A stretch of DNA of 64,000 nt from a virus. Taxonomy: Duplodnaviria; Caudoviricetes. Shown in pieces: positions 55,512 through 63,353 of the stretch (its first letter is position 1; each line of letters opens with the position of its first letter). The stretch lies in the IMG/VR virus record IMGVR_UViG_3300015608_005401, positions 1-64,000 of that record; one strand, 5' to 3'. Under the pieces are notes generated by a model, which did no database searches, had not been told where the DNA came from, and saw only the letters and a list, made by a program, of their open reading frames with translations. The position numbers and the translations under genes were made by a program.

Positions 55512-55910
55512 ATGGGACATTGTATATCAGTATATCTAATGAGTAAGTCAGAGTTAAGAGATGAGAAAATAAACTCTGTATTAGATAATAAAGAAAAATC
55601 TAAAGAGATAAAATGGACTGAACTACCAAAAGGTATTTTAGCCACTACTCATATTCCTAATATTAGAGACTTTGGTAAAGACAAAACAATTGCTAAAATA
55701 TCAACTGATTATTTTGGTGGATGGGGTATTCAAGAAGCTAAACTTTTTGTGAATAACAAAAAAGAGTATAGTAAGTCAAGTGAGCAAGATATGAAATTGG
55801 CTCCAATCAATGATGTCTTAAAAATGATGGGCGTAGTCGCTGATGTTGGAAAGGATGAATTTGATACAATTAATTTAAGTAATTATAGAAGCAACCAAGA
55901 TTTCAAATGA
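55512..55910 (+). CDS. Hypothetical protein (start re-called at MGHCISVYL)
   Basis: Internal LRDEKINSVL; ISTDYFGGWGIQEAKL. Confidence 0.65.
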   Translation: MGHCISVYLMSKSELRDEKINSVLDNKEKSKEIKWTELPKGILATTHIPNIRDFGKDKTIAKISTDYFGGWGIQEAKLFVNNKKEYSKSSEQDMKLAPINDVLKMMGVVADVGKDEFDTINLSNYRSNQDFK

Positions 55911-56083
55911 GAGAAACATTAGTAATAAAATACTTTCTAATAGTAGTCATGATTCTAATGGCTTTTTTTTCATTCTATGAAATGAATGCCTTCAATGATG
56001 ATATGTATAAACTCATTATGTTTTTGGCTGGTTGTTTCTTCGTTTATGAAGCAATTTGGATATACACATTAAAGGCAAAATAA
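55907..56083 (+). CDS. Small two-TM protein (58 aa, not in the track)
   Basis: MRETLVIKYFLIVVMILMAFFSFYE...; ATGA and TAATG coupling on both sides. Confidence 0.55.
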   Translation: MRETLVIKYFLIVVMILMAFFSFYEMNAFNDDMYKLIMFLAGCFFVYEAIWIYTLKAK

Positions 56084-56673
56084 TGACAAAAGAAGAAATC
56101 ATAAAGAGTAAAAATAAGTCAATCTATATACTTGAAAAAGATGAATTGATTCTTAATTCTGATAGAATTGGTGAATCAAATTTACAAATTGTAAATAAAG
56201 ATTTATTTACCAAACATTATAAAAAGTACGATTTTATTTCTAATTTACATCCTAATAAAATAGGTCAATTCTTTTTATATGAGAAAATTTTAGATGGTAG
56301 GTACCGTTCAAATATACCACACGATCATGAATTATTTTATCCAAAGTTGGGTATGTATATAAATGCTTTACCATGTGACCAAACTATTGAAGTCGAATGG
56401 GTTGATGTTAGAAGAACTTGGGAGTGGAATTTAGAATACGATTATGAAGTAAAAGATAAAGATGGTGTGTCAAAAACTTATCAGAATTACTTTGGTGAAA
56501 TTGAAACCGAGATTCAAAGATTACCACTTTGGGCTGATGATTTACTTGTTTATGGTGTTTGGGATTCAATGCCTAATTGGAAACAATTAAGACAAGCTTA
56601 TGAAAGAACTTGGTGGTTTCATAGAACAACTGATGAATTGAGAAATATTCAATTAAATAGATTATTATCATAA
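56083..56673 (+). CDS. Hypothetical protein, C-terminal motif family
   Basis: Start MTKEEII; ends LRNIQLNRLLS. Confidence 0.7.
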   Translation: MTKEEIIKSKNKSIYILEKDELILNSDRIGESNLQIVNKDLFTKHYKKYDFISNLHPNKIGQFFLYEKILDGRYRSNIPHDHELFYPKLGMYINALPCDQTIEVEWVDVRRTWEWNLEYDYEVKDKDGVSKTYQNYFGEIETEIQRLPLWADDLLVYGVWDSMPNWKQLRQAYERTWWFHRTTDELRNIQLNRLLS

Positions 56674-56966
56674 TGCTTAAAGATTATAATTATATAAAAT
56701 ATCCAGAGGATCGACTTTATTTAAGAGTTGGCAACTTACTTAGAGAGTTAAAGTATTTTGCCTCTAAAGTTGGTAACTTAGAAGCATATGGATATTTAAG
56801 AACTATTGATTTACAAGTAAAACCAGACTCACCTGTTGAAAGTATTATTAAAACTGAAAAGCATTTAATTTCACCAGATTTTCTAAATCAGAAATGTTTT
56901 AGAGATTTAGATAGAGAAAATATGAAACCAATTATTAGAGAGTATAAATTAAGAATGATATTATGA
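56673..56966 (+). CDS. Hypothetical protein, C-terminal motif family
   Basis: Ends IREYKLRMIL. Confidence 0.7.
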   Translation: MLKDYNYIKYPEDRLYLRVGNLLRELKYFASKVGNLEAYGYLRTIDLQVKPDSPVESIIKTEKHLISPDFLNQKCFRDLDRENMKPIIREYKLRMIL

Positions 56967-57229
56967 GTTGGGATGGTGTATATGCTCAAGATAGGTACTA
57001 CCCTCAGTTTGAACCAGGTGATGAAGTTTTTACAACTAAAAAAACTTGGAAGGCAATTACTGCTAATAAACCATATACTGTTATTAAGTGTAAAAATACA
57101 CATCATAATTGTGTTTATGTTATTACTGTAATATGTGATGGTGGTTATGAGAGTGAATATGCAACTTATCATTTTAAGAAAACTGAAAGACAACTAAGAG
57201 AAGATAAAATTAAATCTATATTAATATGA
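56963..57229 (+). CDS. Hypothetical SH3-like protein, C-terminal motif family
   Basis: FEPGDEV...KPYTV; ends LREDKIKSILI. Confidence 0.7.
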   Translation: MSWDGVYAQDRYYPQFEPGDEVFTTKKTWKAITANKPYTVIKCKNTHHNCVYVITVICDGGYESEYATYHFKKTERQLREDKIKSILI

Positions 57230-57630
57230 TAATGGATTATATACCTGGCCAAGTTCATGAAAAATTACAAAAAGAACACTTCTTTTTGATTAATTATGAT
57301 TTTACTTGGTTAAATTGCGGACCAAGAAGGTACTCTGAAATGAGTGATTCTAGTCACTGGGATGAAACAGAGACTATAGATCTATTAAAAGGTGATATTA
57401 TTGTAGTCAGATTCTTTAAGGGAAGACCTACTTCAGAGACTTACTCATATCTTGAAAAGGTTATCTATAACAATGGTGATATAACTGAATATAAAACAGA
57501 AAGTATTATATCACTTGCTTTAATTGAGAAAAACCTAGATCCTGGGAAGTTTGAAAACAAAAGTTGGTTATTTACCAATGTAACCAAATCATTTGAACGA
57601 GACAAAAAAATAGAAAGCGTACTATGTTAG
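57226..57630 (+). CDS. Hypothetical protein, C-terminal motif family
   Basis: Ends ERDKKIESVLC. Confidence 0.7.
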   Translation: MIMDYIPGQVHEKLQKEHFFLINYDFTWLNCGPRRYSEMSDSSHWDETETIDLLKGDIIVVRFFKGRPTSETYSYLEKVIYNNGDITEYKTESIISLALIEKNLDPGKFENKSWLFTNVTKSFERDKKIESVLC

Positions 57631-57956
57631 AAAAACTTTGGAACGATATTAGACTTATCTATGAAGGTCTTAATTTTAGTAGTAAGTTACTGATAGATGA
57701 TTTAATGATTATCTCTCAGGATAATCACTATTTACTATATTATAAACAAAATGAAATCTCTACTCAAATAAGAATTGAAAAGAATTATAGTTTAGTTAAT
57801 ATGTGGTCTGATAATAAAGAAGTTGATATAACATATTACAATATTCACGTTGAAGTAGGCGACCAAGTTTATACATCTGAAAACTCAATGATTGAATTAA
57901 CATATAAGATAATAACTCCTTTTTTAAGAGAAACTAAATTAAATAAAATAATATGA
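57624..57956 (+). CDS. Hypothetical protein, C-terminal motif family
   Basis: Ends LRETKLNKII. Confidence 0.7.
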   Translation: MLEKLWNDIRLIYEGLNFSSKLLIDDLMIISQDNHYLLYYKQNEISTQIRIEKNYSLVNMWSDNKEVDITYYNIHVEVGDQVYTSENSMIELTYKIITPFLRETKLNKII

Positions 57957-59020
57957 AGTTAAACGAAAAATTCCTTGAAAGCTATTTGAATAGCAATTCA
58001 CCAACCGGTTTTGAATATGAGCTTGGTGGTCAGAAAGTTTGGATGGACTATATCTCCAAATTTGTAAATAAAGTAGATATTGACAACTACGGAACAGCTT
58101 ATGGCGTTATGGGTAATATGAACTCTGACTTCAAAGTTGTAATTGAAGCTCACTCAGATGAGATTTCTTGGTTTGTAAATCACATTGATTCAAATGGTTA
58201 TATCAAAGTAATTAAGAATGGTGGATCTGATGCCCAAATTGCACCATCTATGAGAGTTACTTTGTGGGGAGACAAAGGTCCAGTTGATGGTATCTTTGGT
58301 CATCCAGCAATTCACATTCACTATCGTAAAGATAAAGTAGATTTAGATTCTATCTTTATTGATGTTGGTGCTGCTAACAAAGATGAAGTAAATGAAATGG
58401 GTATCAAAGTTGGTACAGTTGTTACTTTCAAAGATGGTTTCATGAAGTTAAACAAAAACTACTATACAGGTCGTGCTTTAGATAATCGTATCGGTGGTTT
58501 TATGATTGCTGAGGTAGCAAGAAGATTAAAAGAGAAAGGCAGAGAATTACCTTATCAATTGTACATTGTTAATTCAGTTCAAGAAGAAATTGGTCTTCGT
58601 GGTGCTGAAATGATTGCTCAAACAATTAAACCTAATGTGGCTATCATAACTGATGTTTGCCACGAAACATCTGCTCCTTGTTACACTGCTTCAAAAGAAG
58701 GTGAGGTAAATGCTGGTCAGGGTGGTGTTATCACAAGAGCTCCAGCGGTTCATAATAAGTTAAGAAAGTTGGTACTTGATGTAGCCAACGATAAAGAAAT
58801 TCCTTTTCAATTGGCGGCTTCTTCTCGTTCAACCGGAACAGATACAGAATCATTTGCTTATAGAGTAAGTGCGGTATCGGCTCTTATATCACTTCCTTTG
58901 AAATACATGCACACTACAGTGGAAACTTGTCATAAAGACGATGTTGAGAATGTTATTAAGTTAATCTATCACACACTTCTAAATATAGAAGAAAATCACA
59001 ATTTTAAGTATAACTCGTAG
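57953..59020 (+). CDS. M42 family (TET) aminopeptidase
   Basis: SPTGFE, EAHSDEI, RALDNRIG, VQEEIGLRGA, TGTD, LKYMHT. Confidence 0.93.
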   Translation: MKLNEKFLESYLNSNSPTGFEYELGGQKVWMDYISKFVNKVDIDNYGTAYGVMGNMNSDFKVVIEAHSDEISWFVNHIDSNGYIKVIKNGGSDAQIAPSMRVTLWGDKGPVDGIFGHPAIHIHYRKDKVDLDSIFIDVGAANKDEVNEMGIKVGTVVTFKDGFMKLNKNYYTGRALDNRIGGFMIAEVARRLKEKGRELPYQLYIVNSVQEEIGLRGAEMIAQTIKPNVAIITDVCHETSAPCYTASKEGEVNAGQGGVITRAPAVHNKLRKLVLDVANDKEIPFQLAASSRSTGTDTESFAYRVSAVSALISLPLKYMHTTVETCHKDDVENVIKLIYHTLLNIEENHNFKYNS

Positions 59021-59894
59021 TTAAATATTTATCTAGTTTATACTTGACATCTTCCAAGTAGGATATCCTTAATAGGGATATCCTATTTTTTTCACAGTAT
59101 TTATTTTTAATACTATCACATTCCTTTCTTATTTTAAGACCTTTTTCACCACCAAATAAGTCAACTGACTCAAAGTGTTGCTTTCCATCATATTCTATTA
59201 ATGTGTTTAACTTAGGTAGATAAAAGTCAAAGGGCAATGGAAGAATATTTCTACAATCTACAAACCAGTGTTGCTTAATAAAATCTATTCTATGTTCTAT
59301 TAGATATTTTTCTATATTTAATTCACCCTTACTTACGTTTCTATTCTCTGTGCCTCTTGGGGATTTCCCCGATAGATGATTATATGGTTTTTGTTTATAT
59401 ACTACATTGTTATATATTATTTCAACTTCGGTATGGCTATCAACATACTCAACTAGTGAATAATCATATTTATCCCCGTGTATTTCTCGTGACTTTTTTA
59501 TAAAAATTTCACTACTGAGTCTATTAGACTTCTTTTCTGGACATTGACCAATCAAATGATTTTGAGGTTTTTGTCTATATGTGGCTCCTCTGTATATTAT
59601 CTCTACACACTTATTAATACCTAAATATTTAACTTTTGAGTAGTCATATTTATCACCATGTATTTCCTTTGATCTTTTAATAAATTCCTCAGTTGTTAAC
59701 TTCTTCTTTGTAATATCATCACATCTTCTACCAGTTAAGTGTGAGTCAGGTCTTTGCTCATATACAAATCCGTTATGAATTATCTTAACACGTGTTTTAT
59801 TATCTATATAATTAACAAGTGAATAATCATATTTATCACCATGTATTTTTTTAGCCTTTTCTATAAACTCTTCTGTTGTTAGTTTTTTACTCAT
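59004..59894 (-). CDS. Free-standing endonuclease: DUF723-like repeats plus a PD-(D/E)XK/Vsr-like domain
   Basis: Three KLTTEEFI.KAK.IHGDKYDYS repeats; SKGE..I, LPFDFYLP..IEYDGKQHF. Confidence 0.85.
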   Translation of the reverse strand: MSKKLTTEEFIEKAKKIHGDKYDYSLVNYIDNKTRVKIIHNGFVYEQRPDSHLTGRRCDDITKKKLTTEEFIKRSKEIHGDKYDYSKVKYLGINKCVEIIYRGATYRQKPQNHLIGQCPEKKSNRLSSEIFIKKSREIHGDKYDYSLVEYVDSHTEVEIIYNNVVYKQKPYNHLSGKSPRGTENRNVSKGELNIEKYLIEHRIDFIKQHWFVDCRNILPLPFDFYLPKLNTLIEYDGKQHFESVDLFGGEKGLKIRKECDSIKNKYCEKNRISLLRISYLEDVKYKLDKYLTTSYT

Positions 59895-59947
59895 AACTTT
59901 TTATTTATTTTTATTATAATGTATATATAAAAAAATTATATTCCCCT

Positions 59948-60127
59948 ATGAAGGAAAAAATAAAAAAGAGTCAATATGAGTCTACAAAGGCTTACACTAA
60001 AGAGTATAATAAGCTAAATATAAATGTTCAGTTAGATAGGGACCTTATTAAAAAAGTTAAAGATATCTTAGATGATAAGGAGACAATTAAATCTTATATT
60101 GAGGATTTAATAAGAAGGTCTCTTTGA
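59948..60127 (+). CDS. Ribbon-helix-helix-like protein divergent from the endonuclease (59 aa, not in the track)
   Basis: MKEKIKKSQYESTKAYTKEYNKLNINVQLDRDLIKKVKDILDDKETIKSYIEDLIRRSL*. Confidence 0.6.
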   Translation: MKEKIKKSQYESTKAYTKEYNKLNINVQLDRDLIKKVKDILDDKETIKSYIEDLIRRSL

Positions 60128-60178
60128 ATAAGGAAGTTTCCACTTTGGATAAGGTTCTTTTTTACAATTATATTTATT

Positions 60179-60416
60179 TTATTTTCTCTTCCAATTTAAA
60201 GTTAATAATAGAACAGATTTATTTTCTTTTAAGTCTTTTAATTTTAAAATTCTTTTACCTTCAAATCCAGCAACATGTATTTTATGCAAAACCCATCCTT
60301 GTTCATTCATATATTCTATACTTCTTAATATATCATCATAAACTTCATCAGTATTAAATCTATGCACATTAGATGTTCCAGCAGGATTTATATTAGTTCT
60401 TTTACTAATTCCAGTT
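60179..60416 (-). pseudogene. 3' fragment of a hypothetical gene, fused head-to-head with the M42 remnant
   Basis: Open frame GISKRTNINPAGTSNVHRFNTDEVYDDILRSIEYMNEQGW without a convincing start. Confidence 0.45.
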
Positions 60417-60572
60417 GGTGGTGTACCTTCAGTATTGATTTCACTTCCCTTGAAGTATATGCACAGTACAGTAGAAACCGCACATCGTTTAGATATTGAA
60501 AATATTATTAAACTGATTTATAACACACTCTTGAATATCCAAGAGAATCATAACTTTAAGTATAATGCTTAA
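60417..60572 (+). pseudogene. Second, diverged copy of the M42 peptidase C-terminus
   Basis: GGVPSVLISLPLKYMHSTVETAHRLDIENIIKLIYNTLLNIQENHNFKYNA* versus ALISLPLKYMHTTVETCHKDDVENVIKLIYHTLLNIEENHNFKYNS*. Confidence 0.88.
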
Positions 60573-60577
60573 AAAAG

Positions 60578-60604
60578 AAAACCCACTCAAATGAGTGGGT
60601 TTTT
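60578..60604 (+). terminator. Intrinsic terminator
   Basis: AAAACCCACTC-aaat-GAGTGGGTTTTT. Confidence 0.8.
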
Positions 60605-60610
60605 ATATAG

Positions 60611-60873
60611 GCCACCAAAGAAAACACAGAAGTCTTTAGCTTCTGTGATGAATTTGACTTAACTTTTTATAAGGAAGGTAACAATTTTTAATATATAAAT
60701 TATGTTAAAATCCTATAAATATAGAATATATCCAACTGACGATCGGGACATAAATGCTGCTTTAAATATAAGAAACTTCGGGTTGAGGAACCAACCCAGC
60801 GTCACTCAACGTAAATCATTGGATTATGAGTGTGGCGTAGAAACACAAAAGTCTTTAGCTTTTGTGTAGTTCA
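60611..60873 (+). mobile_element. tnpB: Non-autonomous IS200/IS605-family mini-element with internally deleted tnpB
   Basis: End hairpins CACAGAAG-tctttag-CTTCTGTG (60625-60647) and CACAAAAG-tctttag-CTTTTGTG-tagttca (60844-60873); ORF 60702-60869 MLKSYKYRIYPT|DDRDINAALNI joins TnpB N- and C-terminal signatures. Confidence 0.85.
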
Positions 60874-61263
60874 TTAAATGCTAAATACAATTCTATAATC
60901 TGAGATATTTATCTTTCCTTCTTTCCAATCATCATAGCGATTATCATAGTCATCACCAAATGCGGTTTGCATAATCAATCTAAGACCTATTGATTTTAGA
61001 TAATCACTTACTCTAATAATATAATCTTCTATATCTTTATATTTAATTTTCTCAAGCCCAGAAAAAATTATTTTAATCTTAGCAGGTCTCTTACCGAAAT
61101 CATGATACCCTATTGAAACTCTTGAAGCCCATTCATAATCTAAACTATATTCTATATCAGGATGTTCTTCAGGTAGTTCAAGTAGTATTTCATTTAGTGT
61201 TTTAAAAATTTCATCTTTTTCACTAAATGTTGGATCAAATTCTCTATAATATTTAATTCTCAT
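60874..61263 (-). CDS. Hypothetical protein
   Basis: 129-aa coupled ORF; stop abuts the right end of the IS. Confidence 0.65.
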   Translation of the reverse strand: MRIKYYREFDPTFSEKDEIFKTLNEILLELPEEHPDIEYSLDYEWASRVSIGYHDFGKRPAKIKIIFSGLEKIKYKDIEDYIIRVSDYLKSIGLRLIMQTAFGDDYDNRYDDWKEGKINISDYRIVFSI

Positions 61264-61639
61264 ACTTATTAATATTTTTTGGTAATTTCATATCAGTTGT
61301 TATTTCAATCTTAAAGTTAAAACCAGTATCTTCATCTGTGCCATATTTAACTTCTGCATCATAGCCTCTATTACCACTAAATGTTGTTGGTTTTGGTCCT
61401 TGCATTCTTGCTATTCTTCTTTGTTCTTCTTCTTTTAATTTGGCTTCATGTTGAGCGACCATTTCCTCAAAAGTTAAATCCATACTAGGATTGTGAACAG
61501 GTTGTTCTTCTCTAGTTGTGAATTGTTGTGGTTGATGTCCGTATTTACGAAGAAGTTGTTCCGCCTCCCAACTGTCAATATTAGCCGGTTGTGTTGTTTC
61601 TTCTTGATTTTGTATAATTCTTACTTCTGGTCTATTCAT
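61253..61639 (-). CDS. Hypothetical protein
   Basis: 128-aa low-complexity charged ORF. Confidence 0.65.
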   Translation of the reverse strand: MNRPEVRIIQNQEETTQPANIDSWEAEQLLRKYGHQPQQFTTREEQPVHNPSMDLTFEEMVAQHEAKLKEEEQRRIARMQGPKPTTFSGNRGYDAEVKYGTDEDTGFNFKIEITTDMKLPKNINKYEN

Positions 61640-61643
61640 AATG

Positions 61644-62075
61644 TTAAATTATTTTATCTAAGTATATTTCATTACCATATTTATCTAATTCCCATCCTTC
61701 TATTGGATTGTTTTTTAGATATCTATAATATACTTTTGTTCTTTGATGTATTGGTTCCTTTTCAGTTCCTTTTCCTAAACCTTTAATTGTTATCATTTGA
61801 CACCAATCATTTTTACTTATAAAGTCTGGTATTATCTCACCGAATATAGTTTTTAAAATTCTATAAATATTTGTAGAAACCAACTTGAATGTCCATTCAT
61901 CACCATCTTTAACACGATAAAGTATCTCAACCTCACCTTCTGGTTTTCTATCAATCTCTACTCTAAAATCATTTACACTATCAGAAAAGTAATAGTAGTA
62001 AGTTGCACCTTTATGATCGCCATATTCAAATGTATAAGGCTCAACAAATTCAAATATAGGTTTTAAGTACTTCAC
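61644..62075 (-). CDS. MKYLKPIFE-type hypothetical protein
   Basis: N-terminal motif; TTAATATATA at 62081-62090. Confidence 0.7.
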   Translation of the reverse strand: MKYLKPIFEFVEPYTFEYGDHKGATYYYYFSDSVNDFRVEIDRKPEGEVEILYRVKDGDEWTFKLVSTNIYRILKTIFGEIIPDFISKNDWCQMITIKGLGKGTEKEPIHQRTKVYYRYLKNNPIEGWELDKYGNEIYLDKII

Positions 62076-62142
62076 TTATTTATATATTAAAACTTTTAAA
62101 CAACATTGGTATATAAAATATAATTAAAAAATAAAAAATTAA

Positions 62143-62772
62143 ATGGCTAATGGCGTTTATAAGATAACAGAAGACTTTGAAAAAGCACTAGCTGATTATA
62201 CAGGTGCTCCCTATGTAATAACAGTTGATAATCAAAGTAACGCACTTTTTCTTGCAATGATGTATGAAAAAGTAGCAGGTATGGAAATTACTATACCATC
62301 AAGAACTTATCCTTCAGTTCCTTGTGAAATTATTCATGCTGGTGCTAAAGTAAAATTTAGACCAGTAGAAGGAAAAACAATTAAAGGAGCATATCAATTA
62401 GAGCCAACTAATGTTTGGGATTCTGCTTTAAGTTTTACAGCGGATATGTACAAACCAGGAACACATATGTGTATATCTTTTACAGGTCCTTATAAGCATT
62501 TCAAACTAAGCAAAGGTGGTGCTATTTTAACTGATAGTTTGGAAGCTTATCATTGGTTTAAAAGAGCTAGATACTCTGGTAGAAGAGAGTGTTCTTATCA
62601 TGATGATAATTTTGATATGTTAGGTTGGAATTTTTATATGATGCCTGAATTAGCAACAAGGGGATTACTTTTAATGGGTCAGTTCTATAATATGGATGGT
62701 ACTAAAAAACATAATGCTGATTTAGAATTACCTTATCCAGATTTATCAAAATTTGAAATTTATACAAAATGA
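62143..62772 (+). CDS. Short DegT/DnrJ/EryC1-like aminotransferase
   Basis: FEKALADYTGAPYVITVDNQSNAL, VPCEIIHAG, SFTGPYKHF..KGGAILTD, GWNFYM. Confidence 0.8.
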   Translation: MANGVYKITEDFEKALADYTGAPYVITVDNQSNALFLAMMYEKVAGMEITIPSRTYPSVPCEIIHAGAKVKFRPVEGKTIKGAYQLEPTNVWDSALSFTADMYKPGTHMCISFTGPYKHFKLSKGGAILTDSLEAYHWFKRARYSGRRECSYHDDNFDMLGWNFYMMPELATRGLLLMGQFYNMDGTKKHNADLELPYPDLSKFEIYTK

Positions 62773-63353
62773 GATATGACTTTATAGAAATAGGAACATC
62801 AGATTTTGATACACTTTTACAAGAAAGTACAAATGAAATAGGTTTGTCAATTGAGCCTCTTAAAGTATATTTAGATAATCTACCAGACAAGAACAATGTT
62901 ATTAAACTAAATTGTGCAATAACTGATAAAGATGGTATGGTGGATGTCTATTGGATAGACCCGGAAGATATAGATAGATATGGCTTACCTGATTGGCTAA
63001 AGGGATGTAATTCAATAATAGAACCTCACCCATCAACAGTTAAGGAATTAAAAGATAGAAATCTTGAACATATTTATAAAAAATCAGAATGTAAATGTCT
63101 AACTTGGAGTAGCATTGTTAATATTTATGATATAAAACATGTAGAGTATTTAAAAATTGACACAGAAGGACATGATTGTGTCATCATTAACAATATTTTA
63201 GACTCTAATGTTTTATTGCCAAAAAAAATATTATTTGAAAATAATATACTTTCTGATGAAAAATATGTAAATGAAACGTTAGAAAAATTAAAAAAATATG
63301 GATACAATATCATAAATCGTAGAGATTTTGATATTTTAGTTGAAAGATTATGA
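62769..63353 (+). CDS. FkbM-like methyltransferase
   Basis: FIEIGT, IEP, LNCAI, YLKIDTEGHD. Confidence 0.8.
   Translation: MRYDFIEIGTSDFDTLLQESTNEIGLSIEPLKVYLDNLPDKNNVIKLNCAITDKDGMVDVYWIDPEDIDRYGLPDWLKGCNSIIEPHPSTVKELKDRNLEHIYKKSECKCLTWSSIVNIYDIKHVEYLKIDTEGHDCVIINNILDSNVLLPKKILFENNILSDEKYVNETLEKLKKYGYNIINRRDFDILVERL

Noticed and set aside
13956-63313. Numerous short antisense or nested track ORFs (e.g. 13956, 17285, 26949, 32832, 36905, 39056, 43626, 47710, 55101, 63125)
   Set aside because: They lie wholly within well-supported genes on the opposite strand or frame and show no motifs or start context.
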